Below are positions 1-13,210 of a DNA stretch of 64,000 nt, piece by piece. A model generated the notes under the pieces. That model was not told the DNA's origin and did no database searches. It was given only the letters and a program-made list of their open reading frames with translations. Positions within the stretch are counted from its first letter, which is position 1. Each line of letters starts with the position of its first letter. A program made the position numbers and the translations under genes. Source of the stretch: the human T2T-CHM13v2.0 reference genome, Homo sapiens; assembly GCF_009914755.1 (NCBI RefSeq), contig NC_060934.1; one strand, given 5' to 3'.

Positions 1-218
1 GATGCTGTTCATTATGACAGTTTGTCCTCCCATGAACATGCCCTAGGAAAAATACATTCAGTTCTAAGACCACTAAATGATGCACTTATCCTGAAAAATT
101 GCCTTGTTTTTAACCTTATGAACATTATTAATTAGGTGGCTTATCCTCTAATATAACTGAAATTTCCACTGCATTGTCTGCCCTGAAACTGGGAGACAAA
201 TCTATGATCCAACTAAAA

Positions 219-394
219 TAGTAGTTCTCTAGCTTTGGCTATAGATTAGAAACACTTTTGAAATTCGTAAAAATCTAACATGGTGAGGCCACCACTTCAG
301 GGGGCCAATCAGTGGGATGGGACCCTAGCGTCTGTATTCTTAAGATCCTTAAATCGTTTTATTCTCTGACTATGACTATGGTTGAGGAGCATGG
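219..394. mobile_element. MER5A-like hAT-Charlie DNA transposon fossil
   Basis: agtagttctctagctttggctatagattagaa ... ggttgaggagcatgg resembles the MER5A termini (cagtggttctcaaccttggctgcacattagaa ... ggttgagaaccactg); highly diverged. Confidence 0.55.
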
Positions 395-1004
395 ACATCA
401 ACTAAGTTATCCATGATCAGGAATGTTTTTTAGTTGCATACGTATGCCTCTATATATGCCTCTACACGTCTTCACTTTCATTTTACCACTAACTTTAATG
501 TATCATCTTGTTGTAGCTTATACATTATTACAAGCTGTCTTGCATAATTTTCATAATCCAATAAACAATTAAGTATGATTGATTTGAACAGAGAAAAGTA
601 TGTTCAAGAAGTTCAAAGTATGTTAGGAATACTGAGTACAAATTCTCTATGCTACCTTATCTGTCAACAAATTAATTTAGAAGATAAATGACTGTATGTT
701 TATTTAAATTTGTGTGTTATTTTTTCATTCTAGGTAATATATATTAAAATCTAAAATATAAATAATAAATGTTAGAGGGTGCTTCCTATATAAAGATTAT
801 ATTTATAGAATGTAGCAAAATGGAATTGATGAAGACAAAAACAAGTTGCACTTAGCAATTGGTATAAATAAAGCAATAGAGCTCATAAAAAATAGTAACC
901 TCAATTAGTTATACTTTCCCTATAATAATTTTGATACTGTAGAAAGCCACAAATGTATGTGCTTCATCCCAAATAGTAACTGTAAAATCAATAATGTTGC
1001 AACT

Positions 1005-1104
1005 CAATAGAATATAAAATTCATGAAAGCAGAATATTAGCTCCCAAACTTAGAAGAGTGCTTGGCATATAGGTGTTAAATAAATATTTGTTAAACATAT
1101 GAAT
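1005..1104 (+). mobile_element. L2 3' end fragment
   Basis: tagaatataaaattcatgaaagcag ... gtgcttggcatatagg ... aataaatatttgttaaacatatgaat matches the L2 3' terminus pattern. Confidence 0.6.
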
Positions 1105-4100
1105 ATCTAAGATCCATACGTGAACAAATGCAGGAAATTGCAATGCACAATAAGTAATTCTTATTTTTTACTCACATACACATGTGCATGTAAATATTTA
1201 TGCTTATATAAATACCTTCATGTACATAAAGACATAGAAACACAGAATAAAAAAAAACAGTCAAATGAGAAAGAAATACAATATATTTAAATGTGGTTGG
1301 TTATACATCAGGGAGAAAAAGATGATAATGTGTTTTCATCTTATCATAGGTCTCAAAGTTACTATTTATTTTGTTTTCAAAGAATAGAAAAAAATATTAT
1401 ATGGCAGAGTGTGAATTATACTGTATAACTTAAAATTTTACCATAAACAATATACTGGTAAAGGTAAAATAGGTGAAGAATTGTATCCATCTATTGTTGA
1501 TGTTTTTAAAACAATATTTTCATGAGAGAAACTAGAGAAATATTGAGATTCTATTTCAGGCTAAAAGGCTGTTTAATATTCAACAGCCACTTTATGAAGC
1601 GGCCTTCCATCAGGAAAGCAGAAAACATTTGGAGTTGGTTACATTTCACCCCTAATGGACCTGGATGCCACACATTCTTGATTTAGCCCTTGGCAGAGTT
1701 CCGGAAGAATGATTTAGGCCAGTTTCACTTCAAATGAAATTCTGCCCCTGCGTAACCCAACTGTTCAGTGAAGTTTAAAGAACAGGCTTCCAAAAGAAAA
1801 AAAAAAAAAAAGGAAAAAACACATAAATGAGACCTTGCGAGTTCTTTTATTTGTATAACTTTTTAATGGAAGGGCTCCTCTTATGAAGAAGTTTGGCATT
1901 TAACCTGATACCCTTGTTGCATACAATGGAGATGCACAGAACATGAAACCTGAAATCAGGCAAATCTTACTTGGGTTCATTATCATTCCGACCACATTTT
2001 GTCTGTCACCTAAATTCATGCATGCCCTCAAAGAATCCAAAATTTGTTGGAAAGCTTGTAATACATAGTAAAGGTGCATTTCTGGGGGGAAAAAAATGCT
2101 AAGTGTGCTTTCTGTCCTAATCTGGGAGCTAAGCAAAATCCCTCTTATTCCTAGTCAAGGTCAATGGCATTTGTGTTAATCAAATGTGGTGAAAAGAATG
2201 CTTTCTTAGGGAATGGGTTAACTGTGCTTCCAGAGACCTTCTTCTTGTTCAGGGAAGAGGCCTTCACCTCACCAAGCCTGTCCTTAAAGGGGAGAGCCAC
2301 CCTGTTTTGGCTGGTGGAGGAATGACCTCCAGAACATTGCCTGGCTTTGTTGGTGTGGTGATTTAGGTCAAGTGCACAGTGAGGGAGAGTGGCCAGCAAT
2401 GGAGGGTTCTGCAACCATGCCAGTGGGTCAGTGTCAGAGCTGACGGGCACTTCTGGGCCCTGCCATTGTCCACAAGAGAAGACAGGGCCCAGACATGCAC
2501 TCTCCAGCTTATAACTACATAACTAGTAACTCATTCCTGGAAAATGCCCTTTTCTTCCCACAACATTTAGGCCTCTTAAGCTGTCCCAGTTGGGGGTGAC
2601 AAAGAATATCTTCTATGAGGAATGCGCATCCCTGAGTTCATATCACCACTGTAGGCAAACCAGAGCCATTGTTGTTAAGTCAGGTTAGTATGAAAAAGCT
2701 AATCCAGCCAGATATGGGGAGGAAGCAAAGTATAATGAGGATTTATATTTCTGTAAATGATTTTTCTCCAATACAAACTTAGGATAACACCATTTATTCA
2801 ACATGGAAGGTAAGGAACCTTGGATTGGGTCCCCTTCCCATTACATATTGTTTTTATTTTTGACTAGGTATACAAAGGCTCAGATAAAGGAACTGGATTG
2901 CACAAACTCCTAAATCAGTTGCTGACCAAATCAAGACTAAAACCCTGACTATTAAATAAATAGTTCATCGTCCCTCCATTGGAAGATGCTGCAGGGCTGG
3001 AAACAACACTAATTCCATTAACACAAAACTGACACTTTAATTTAATTAGAACTTTACCTCACCTGTTTTTTGTTTAATAACTCTAGGAATGCCCTTGGTA
3101 GACCTGGAAGAAATTATAAACACATCTACTGGAGGTGCACTCTATTTTTAACATCTTTATAGATGTGGCATTAGCAGCAAAAAGGGAACAAGGATGAAGA
3201 GTTCTTGAAACACATCTCAAATAGCTCTCATAAGCTGACATAACTCACCCAATGAAGGTTATGAAAACGATCTTTCCAGGAAATAGTATTTGTCTAATAA
3301 TCAAAATTTAAGAGGTCAATAGTTGAAGACAGAATTTGAGATGCCAAGATTTGCAATACATTTAAATAATCATTGGAAAATACATGAAAGTTTTGAAACG
3401 ATGACCAATCCTAGTTCATTAGGCAGCATTTATAGATGCTTCATAAACAGACGAAAGGTGGTCAACAGCACACACTGAAACATTTCTAAACCAAATAGCT
3501 CAATCAGAATAAGGTACTACAGTCAGTAATCTAGCATGGTTTGCAACATGCTGTGAAAATGGCATAATTTGCGTATCACATTTTAAAAATCAAGAACGGA
3601 ACAGTGTTTCTCAACCACCTTAAATAACTCTGCACAGAAGCAGTGATGAAAATAATATTCTTTTGTTACAACTAGAAGGAAATTGCTTTTGAACTCTGTC
3701 ATAGGCAAAGTATGTTAGTATTTGAAAGCTATCTTTTCAGTAGCATCATGAACCAGGACTGCTCAGTAAAAAAGCACCTAATAGTCATCATTGACACTGT
3801 CCAGAAATAAAGAGAGGCTGTGGCTGAGAATATATTAGGAAGGAGAAACGGGAGGAAATGTCAATAAAACAAATTGGAAAATCAAACATCTGATGGACTA
3901 TTTATGGATATGCAGTTTACCTTTAAATTGTTTTATTAAAAATAGGGATTGAAGAACTAGCTCAATAAAACATAAAAGGATGGAATTATTTTGCTAGAAG
4001 TGCACAGTTTTCCTTCATTGGGTCCCTTGTAGCCCAGTGCTAAGTCTACCAATAGGTCCCCCATGGAGCTGAATTAGCAGTCAAAGCTGCCTCATTTCTC

Positions 4101-4537
4101 TATTTTCTGGAGCTCTGAATTAAGACATAATGTCAGGAAGACCAATGGCCTAATGATCAAATGCAAGCTATGAACATCAGCAGAGGCCTCGAGTCCCAGA
4201 ACCCCCTAAGGCATCCTGATGTCACAGCTATTCATAGACCAGCGTTTCATTCTCAATAGACCACTGGCTAAGTTGTTCAGTTACCCAGCCTTAGACTAGG
4301 GCTCTGCTCTAGACTCCAGGACACCAAAATATCTGACTTAGTCCTAAATATTTCCTTTCCTCAAAGGATTGCATTATCCTCCCACCATCCTGGGACCACT
4401 TGTAACCTATAATGAATAAACTGCTTTCTCATAAACGCATATTAACTTTGATCAACCGCCACTTGGAATCTTTTCAGATTATATTTTATTTGAATAACAT
4501 TATGGTAACTAACTCTATGTGCCTCCCTAGTGAGGTA

Positions 4538-4720
4538 ACTTTTTCTCAAATTACAGTGTGTATCAGAATAAGGTGGCATGGGAGTGAGGAGCTTTTAAAA
4601 ATGCAGACTTCAGGGAATTGTTGTAACATATTCTGATCAGCAGATCAGATACATGGCCCTCAAACCTACAGTTTTAACGAATGGTCCAAATGTTTCTAAT
4701 GCATGTACCACCGTGATTAA
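4538..4720. mobile_element. MER5-like DNA transposon fossil
   Basis: ttctcaaa...atcagaat...ggagcttttaaaaatgcagact...ttctaatgcat, typical MER5A/B blocks. Confidence 0.5.
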
Positions 4721-4949
4721 ATACCACACGGAATAATTATGTTTTCTTTATGATGAGTTCCTTTGTCCTATCTGAGAGTTTGTTTTGATACCAGATGTGA
4801 GTATGCCTCAAGGATGTGGAAAATACAGGTTGAGGCAGTGGCTTTTATTTTTACTGTGTTTTGTTTTGGGTTTTTTTTTTTATTCTTGGTAACAATTTTC
4901 TGATAACAGCAGGTAATATTTTAGTTCATTTTCTTTGGTAGTCAAAAAT

Positions 4950-5150
4950 AAGAAGTGATGGTTAAACATGAATTCTGGAGCTAGGCTACTTCAATTTGAA
5001 TCAAAGTTGCCCAAAAACTGGTTTTAGTACCTCCAAAAAGTTAAGTTACTTTCTCATTTGAAAGTAATTTTATCATTTGAAAAATCAATCTAATAATACA
5101 TACTTCACAGAATTATAGAGAATGAAATGAAACTAATCATAGTTAGTGCT
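4950..5150 (+). mobile_element. MIR SINE
   Basis: ggttaaacatgaattctggagctaggctacttcaatttgaatc ... ataatacatacttcacagaattatagagaatgaaatga follows the MIR consensus order. Confidence 0.6.
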
Positions 5151-5229
5151 GGCATCACATGAAAGGCTAGGTCTCCCCCCATTCTTAATAATGATACAGA
5201 GTCCTCTGTTTTACAGGGCAGCCTGCCGC

Positions 5230-6350
5230 TCACCACACCTCACAAGGATCTACTCTGACCTTTCTCCCTGGCCACCGGATCAAAAACTAGAAGTACTGGG
5301 CCAACCAAAGGGAGAAAAATGATCATTTCCAGGATGAACAGCAGGAGCCAGGAAAATACTCATGAGACTAGATCCCAAGGATGCTGGATCAATAGTCAGA
5401 CCACAGAATTAGATTTGGAAGAGTTTGGTGACATTGGAGACTCTCCTGTAATGTGGATCTAACACCCAGGAGGGATGAGACCCCTGTGGACCATGTCTTG
5501 CTGAGAGAACCCAGGAAATGCTGCTCAGTTAAAAGTGTTCTTGTAAGTTTGAATGACAGGGCCACTCTAAGGGAAATAGAACTACTAGAACTGCCTTAGC
5601 AAGTGAAAAGAGAAGGATGAAAATTCTCAGAGAAGCAGATATGCTAGAGACAATATGAAAACTCACTAGTCAATCATGTTCTGCTGGAGGGCCCAGAGGA
5701 TACACTACTTACCACATTGATAAGGAATGCACCAGTGACAGGAAGACAACACATTAAGGAAGTCTGTGTCAGTTCTTCTCTGTAGGCCAGGTCTGAGAGC
5801 AGCACATGCTTCTAATCCAGGTTTCCTGGTAGCAATGGAGATAATAGACAAGTTAGCGCTAAAATTCAAAACAAAACAAAAAGTAGATAAAATTATCACA
5901 TATTCAAAAATAACAAAGGACATTGATCCTCCTATAATACAATAATAAAACTCAAAGACTGATGATCAGGTGGCTGAAAAATACTTCCTCAAAATAATGT
6001 TGAAAATTGTCCCCCAATTTCTAGAATTAAGCCAATTTTCAGAAATTGAACTTGTCAGAGAGACCAAATTTCCATGAGAAAATACCCAGCCATACCATAC
6101 AAGTATGTACAGTAATGATTCCTCCTGTGCTTCTTCCAAGAAACATATTAAACTGTACATGGATAACGATACACTGGAGAATAGCTGGACATAATGGAAA
6201 ACATTGTTCAGCGTTTATGGTTCCTTGACACCTGAGGTTCTATCACAAACTCCTCTCAGAATGGGAGGATGACGGCCAGGACAATATCATACCGGGTCCA
6301 GTGAGTCTATGGAACATTGAAGTGATTGCTTCCCTACCCTTAGGTATATA
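5230..6350 (+). mobile_element. Degenerate ERVL/MaLR internal (gag-pro) fragment
   Basis: At ~5687 gagggcccagaggatacactacttaccacattgataaggaat translates to EGPEDTLLTTLIRN, similar to the ERVL gag motif EGPEDTPFT..RN; many stops and frameshifts. Confidence 0.7.
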
Positions 6351-6359
6351 CTACAATCA

Positions 6360-7150
6360 ACATATCTGACATCTTCACAACATATTATTGTCCAATCCAT
6401 GAGCATGGTATAACTATCCTTTGATATCTTTCTTTAATTTCTCTATTTAAAGCGCTGTACTTTTAAAACAGCATGGAGGCTTTCTACATCCTTCATTAAA
6501 CTTAGCCCCAAATACTTTATGATTTTTATACTCTTCTAAATAGCATTTTAAAAAATCCCTTAGTATTTATATGTTTCCAGGTTTTTGCTGTTATAGTATC
6601 GAAATATAATTCTTTTTGTTTTTTGACCAGGCATCACGCCACCACACTATTTTCACTTACTACTGCTGGTAGTTGCTTTGTAAGTTTCTACGTAATTTAT
6701 ATATAAATGATAATGACCTCCAAGAATAAAGGCAACTTTACATCTTCCTTTTCAATTGCCATGATGTTTTCTCTTTATCTTGCCTCATGGCACTGCCTGG
6801 ATAATCCAACACAATGCTGAATAAAAGTGGGGAAAGCCCATACCCTTTCCTGTATTTTGATATTAGGTGAAATATTAGGCTAATGATTTTGGTAGGTGCC
6901 CTTTATCATCTGAAAATGGTCCCTTGTAATTCTAATTTGCTGAGAGTATTTGTTGCATTTTGGCAAATGATATATCTGCATCTAATAAGATTATCACATG
7001 AATCTTCTCTTTTGTTATGTCAAGATGGTGGATTTCATTGCTTTATGAACAAACACCTTTACATTCCTGAGATAAAGGCCATTTGGCCATGACACATTTT
7101 TATTTTTACAAATTGCTGGATTTCATGTTCCAATTTAACGTTTTGCTACT
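6360..7150 (-). mobile_element. Old L1 (L1M) ORF2 fragment, antisense
   Basis: ccaatccatgagcatggtata, acatcttccttttcaatt, acaatgctgaataaaagtgg, ttgctgagagtattt are antisense L1 ORF2 landmarks. Confidence 0.75.
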
Positions 7151-7489
7151 TATCTGTTTAAACTCTATCGGTCTCAGTTTTGACCTCTGTAAAATGCATT
7201 AATTGGGCTTTAACAATGGTATTTTTGTAAAAAAAAAAATTTACTTTACAATTATTTGAAATATAATTTTTCTATGGTCTTTTCCAGTTTTAAATTAATT
7301 AGTTTGAACTATATAATATTGATATTCAATCTCTATTGAACAAGAAAAAGAATAATTTCATACAGTTCAGCTTAATAGATTAATTCTAAGATTTTATTGC
7401 AGAAAATCTCTTTCTACCTTGAAAACAGGAGGTAATTTTATGAACTTGATTTTTAATCTTAGCTGGAGTAAAATTGTGGTAGAACATAC

Positions 7490-7670
7490 ACTAGCTTTGT
7501 AATCTTGTGCATGTTACTGTATAACGATCAGTTTATTTGTTCATAAAATAGGGATAGATAGAATATCTACTTTGTGGGATAGTTGTCAGGAAGTGAACTC
7601 CCTGGCACATGCCTTACACATAGTAAGCACTCAGGAAATCCTAACTATCTTTTATATTATCATTATGATT
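7490..7670 (+). mobile_element. MIR SINE
   Basis: actagctttgtaatcttgtgcatgttact...taaaatagggata...cacatagtaagcactcaggaaat. Confidence 0.6.
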
Positions 7671-8305
7671 ATGAAGTGCTCTTGTCCTTTAGAATATCCT
7701 GGACAAGATGGTTAATGGGCTGTACATCTATTATTCAGGTATATTTCAAAAATAAGGAATATTGTGCTGAAATAGAAAAATCTAATTACATTTTTATCCC
7801 AGTTACTTGCAAATGGACTCTACCAACTATTTCCTGACCTTTTTATATACAATTTGTCCCTGAGTTAATGCTCACAATGTGTGCAAAGATTAATATAAAA
7901 CAAATCTAAAAGGCATATAACAAACTGTGATGATACATTTTAATATTTAAGTCCCATATAAGTCAATGAGAAGTATGCCAACATTACAATAGAAAAATTT
8001 TTAAATTATAAGCAAGTAATACATGTAAGAAAAAGCAAAGGACAAGTAAACACATAAAAATATTTTATTATTATAGCAGTAATAGATGTCAGAAGAGCAG
8101 TAAAATATAGTTTTTACCACCCAATGTATGTGATTAAAACATCTCATACCCCATGTTAGTACAAATGCAGAAAAATGCTAATCTATATACTGATAGCAAA
8201 GCTGCAAATCAATGCAAACTTTATAGATGCCAGTTGTGAATACATATTGAAGCAATAAATGTTCAAACCTTTTGAATGAAAAAGGCTACTTTTAAAAATA
8301 CACCC

Positions 8306-8619
<314 letters not shown>

Positions 8620-8992
8620 CTAAGGCAATGATAACAAATAAATGAAATGTTTTATATCAAAGGAAGTTTATCCCTATATCTTACGAGTAAAAAATAAACA
8701 ACCTAATTGTCTAATAGTAGAAAACTGGTCAAACAAATCGTGATAAAGTCAGAAAAGTCAGAATTTAGACTATATAATATGTAGCAGCAGGGACAAATGT
8801 TCAAGAAACAATAATATAATGTAGTATAGAATTATATTTTTAAAGTGTGTATATAGGTGTTTATTTTATTAATGGGATTTCTGGTGGAGGAATTACAGGA
8901 TATTTTCCTCTTCCCCATACTTTTTAACACTTCATAATAAGCATGTATTTTTTAATAACTGGAGAGCTCATGCATGCATATTTATTTTGATA

Positions 8993-9208
8993 AGTGAGTT
9001 ACGGTGGTAAGAATTCTGCAGGCTTTAGGATTCTCTCTCAGGTGTAACACCTATTTTAATAAAATCATGATGTATTTTTCCATAGCATTTTTCTTGTATT
9101 AGTGAGTTACGGTGGTAAGAATTCTGCAGGCTTTAGGATTCTGTCTCAGGTGTAACACCTATTTTAATAAAATCATGATGTGTTTTTCCATAGCATTTTT
9201 CTTGTATT
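8993..9208. repeat. 108-bp direct tandem duplication, 2 copies
   Basis: 8993-9100 and 9101-9208 are identical apart from 2 substitutions. Confidence 0.97.
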
Positions 9209-9759
9209 AAAGACTCATTAGCAAAGATGCTTAAGGTGATGAAAAGGTATAGCTATCAAGTAGCAGGGGAAAAGTAGATGGTACCCCTCTAATGCAGTGG
9301 AATATATAAAAATGGAAAGTGTGACCCTAGCTGGAGGGAGTGGTTATTAACTGGGCCATATCATTAATAAGACCAACAGAGTTTGTGCTGGAGAGCCATA
9401 GAGTTGGATTACATTAGCATAAATCACCTTCTATTACAAAACTGGATAGGAATTATTTCCATAAAGTCAGTTTAACCTAGTGTCACAAGAGGTCCTTTAG
9501 TGCTTACAAAATTAATCTCCTGGCATTGAGAATCTGTTAAGGACAAAGATCCATTTCCCTAGTATAGTCACATTTTGTGTTTTTCTGCTTTGTTATTAAC
9601 TCAATTTCATGGTCTATCGCTAATAACATAGACCAAGAAGTTGATAATAATCAACACATACCTTTGGACTATTTTATTATTCTTCTGAGATACATTTTGA
9701 ATACTCATAATATGTATTTAGTTGCATAGCCTAAAATATTCAGATTTTCCAGAAAATTA

Positions 9760-10056
<297 letters not shown>

Positions 10057-11079
10057 GTGAAAGAAAGCCAGTGGCATCGTGGGATACCATTTGCAATGGA
10101 GATAGAGTGATGCCCACAGAGCACCACAAATCAGACACAGAAGCTTGAACTAACTCCTTCTAGACGATGGTTCAGACAATAGGCGGATGGGGAAGAAAGC
10201 AACCTGCATCATTTGTGATGAATTTGTTTGCTTGAGTGTGGCGGGATGAGGGAGGTGGGGGAAATGAGGAAGGCCAATGGACCAGTATACACATCTGAGT
10301 TTCAGCCCTTACAATCACAAGTGATGCAAGCCCCCTCGTGGAGTCATGTATACCACAGATCATACTGTAACACCTTGGAATAAGAGAGCTTTTATTAAAA
10401 AAAAAATCATAACTCTACCTAAGTAGAAAAATTCAAAGTTCCATTTAATAATAAGGCATGAAATATGATAATTGCATAGAGAAATTTATGACACACTTTT
10501 ATTATTATGCCTTTGCAGCCTACCAGGACTCTGATTCATCAGGCAATTGCAATAGCATGAAAGAAAGTTACCATTGTTTCCAGTTGCAGAGAATGGTATT
10601 TTACCTAACAATTAAATAGCAGAGTCAACTGTCATAACAAAAAGCAATAGCTATTATTAGTTCTTCAAATTTCTTTGTGTATTTTCCATCATGAACAAAT
10701 AGCTGAGATGAGTATAATTTTAACACAAAGCTATTCACAGGTAGGTAAAGATCACATATTTACAATTGCTGTGGCTTAACACTGGCTTACATATTATAAA
10801 TGCTAATTTTGTTGTTTGGCTAGAAGAGTCCTGTTTTAGTCAAGTTGTTTCTGTTTTGACCAAGGGGCATTTAATCTAAATGCATAGCTATATAATAGTA
10901 ATTTATAAATATTGTATATTTTAGGGTGAGGTGGATTTTATTCAAGCAGAATGTCATACCTCTCAAACCACATGGAATGATTTTTTAATTTTTGTGAGCA
11001 AAATGCTACACTCAATCCAGTACACTACTTTTTACTCTACTGAATAATCTGATAATATCCTTGGTAATCCAGGGCACCT

Positions 11080-11263
11080 TTTTTATTTTATTTTATTTTT
11101 TTGAGACAGAGTCTCTTTCTGTTGCCCAGGCTGGAGTGCAGTGATGCAATCGCAGCTCACTTCAACCTCCGCCTCCTGGGTTCAAGCAATTCTCCTGCCT
11201 CAGCCTCACAACTAATTTTTATATTTAGTAGAGAAGAGGTTTCACCATGTTGCCCAGGCTGGT
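11080..11263 (-). mobile_element. Truncated, internally deleted Alu
   Basis: poly-T, gagacagagtctc...cctgcctcagcctc joined directly to ctaatttttatatttagtagag; TSD cagggcacct / caggccacct. Confidence 0.9.
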
Positions 11264-11629
11264 CAGGCCACCTAGTTTACAGAGCATTCTTTCAATCCTT
11301 GATAGTTTTAGCCGTTTCTTTCTGAAATATCAATAATACAAAACTAGATGATAGCCCAAACACTGTTTCTTTAAAACAGTCAGCATACAACGCCTATTTA
11401 GGGAATTAAATTTTCTTACACCCCTCTACATGTGTTATCTAAGAAAGAAAGAGAGGCATGGATAGGAAGTATAAATTTGGAAGTCCTCAGTACATGAAAG
11501 TGTCTACAATCCTAAGACTAGATGTGAATTCCAAGGGAGTGAGTGCAGGGAGAGGCAGAGCCAGGGCTCTTCAATGCTGGGGAAACAGCTCCCTGCACAT
11601 CCCTCCTCACCCTGCTCCTGCATCTGCTC

Positions 11630-12010
11630 CTCACCATGTTGCTGTTACACTTCCTGCTCCCTCTGCCCTGGTGCTATTCTTCTGGGTATTCCCATTGTTA
11701 CCAACCACCTCCTTCATGTCTGCTCAGAGGCCAGCTTTGCAATGAGGCTTGTCTGCTTGCTCACCTCACACTTCAACAATCCCTTCCCTACATCCCAATC
11801 CTTCTCACTGCTCTGTTTCTTATTTGTCTATGGCACATGGGACTTCCTGACACACTATGTAATTTATTTTCACATCACATCATTGTCTGTCCCCAGTTAC
11901 TAGAAGGTGAGCACCCCAAGTGTCTCTTGTCTTCAGCTAGACCTGTGCCTGGGACACAGCGAGTGTTCAATACATACTTGCTGAATAAATAGATAATGAA
12001 AAGTGAATGA
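11630..12010 (+). mobile_element. L2 3' end
   Basis: actagaaggtgagcacc...gtgcctgggacacagcgagtgttcaatacatacttgctgaataaat. Confidence 0.7.
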
Positions 12011-12291
12011 ACTTGGCCAGTGAGCGTCAAAAGGTCAATTTCCACCCTATTTTATTCTTGACACACAGAGTCAAACAGTGAAGATTTTCAAGCAATAGAA
12101 AACGCTATGAACTTTGTTTACTCTGTCATCATTATCCACCCAAGCCAGAGATGCAGCAGGGTCTGTTGACTCTATCATTAACTGAGTCACACATCTCCAT
12201 TTTTATGGCAAAAGAGGTCATCTGAGCCAGACCAGGCTACAGAATCTGGTGTGGGTTTTAAGATTGGTGAAAATATATATAAAATATATGT

Positions 12292-13210
12292 ATATCCAGA
12301 ATCTACAATGAACTCAAACAAATTTACAAGAAAAAAACAAACAACCCCATCAAAAAGTGGGCAAAGGATATGAACAGACACTTCTCAAAAGAAGACATTT
12401 ATGCAGCCAAAAGACACATGAAAAAATGCTCATCGTCACTGGCCATCAGAGAAATGCAAATCAAAACCACAATGAGATACCATCTCACACCAGTTAGAAT
12501 GGCAATCATTAAAGAGTCAGGAAGCAACAGGTGCTGGAGAGGATGTGGAGAAATAGGAACACTTTTACACTGTTGGTGGGACTGTAAACTAGTTCAACCA
12601 TTGTGGAAGTCAGTGTGGCGATTCCTCAGGGATCTAGAACTAGAAATATCATTTGACCCAGCCATCCCATTACTGGGTATATACCCAAAGGACTATAAAT
12701 CATGCTGCTATAAAGACACATGCACACGTATGTTTATTGCGGCACTATTCACAATAGCAAAGACTTGGAACCAACCCAAATGTCCAACAATGATAGACTG
12801 GATTAAGAAAATGTGGCACATATACACCATGGAATACTATGCAGCCATAAAAAATGATGAGTTCATGTCCTTTGTAGGGACATGGATGAAATTGGAAATC
12901 CTCATTCTCAGTAAACTATCGCAAGGACAACAAACTAAACACCGCATGTTCTCACTCATACATGGGAGTTGAACAATGAGAATACATGGACACAGGAAGG
13001 GGAACATCACACTCTGGGGACTGTTGTGGGGTGGGGGGAGGGGGGAGGGATAACATTAGAAGATATACCTAATGCTAAATGACGAGTTAATGGGTGCAGC
13101 ACACCAGCATGGCACATGTATACATATGTAACTAACCTGCACGTTGTGCTCATGTACCCTAAAACTTAAAGTATAATAATAATAAAATTAAAATTAAAAT
13201 TAAAAAAAAA
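12292..13210 (+). mobile_element. 5'-truncated young LINE-1 (L1PA3-like), ~920 bp
   Basis: ORF2 3' end, 3'UTR with G-rich tract, gctaaatgacgagttaatgggtgcagcacaccagc diagnostic, AATAAA and A tail; TSD attggtgaaaat at 12263-12274 and 13213-13224. Confidence 0.97.
12370..12972 (+). pseudogene. LINE-1 ORF2p C-terminal (cysteine-rich) fragment, frame still open; no endonuclease or RT domain
   Basis: [44 protein letters not shown]...[22 protein letters not shown] is near-identical to the human L1 ORF2p C-terminus. Confidence 0.95.

Noticed and set aside
5230-6350. Domesticated gag-like gene
   Set aside because: ERVL gag similarity is broken by many stops and frameshifts; no long ORF
11458-11992. 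Overlapping Leu/Pro/Cys-rich ORFs that look like a signal-peptide protein
   Set aside because: They lie over a pyrimidine-rich L2 remnant that is open in several frames; no recognisable domain
12370-12972. 200-aa ORF as a functional gene
   Set aside because: It is only the C-terminus of L1 ORF2p in a 5'-truncated copy with no promoter, EN or RT; an open frame is expected from its young age
13016-13050. G-quadruplex-forming G tract
   Set aside because: Standard feature of the L1PA 3'UTR, not locus-specific
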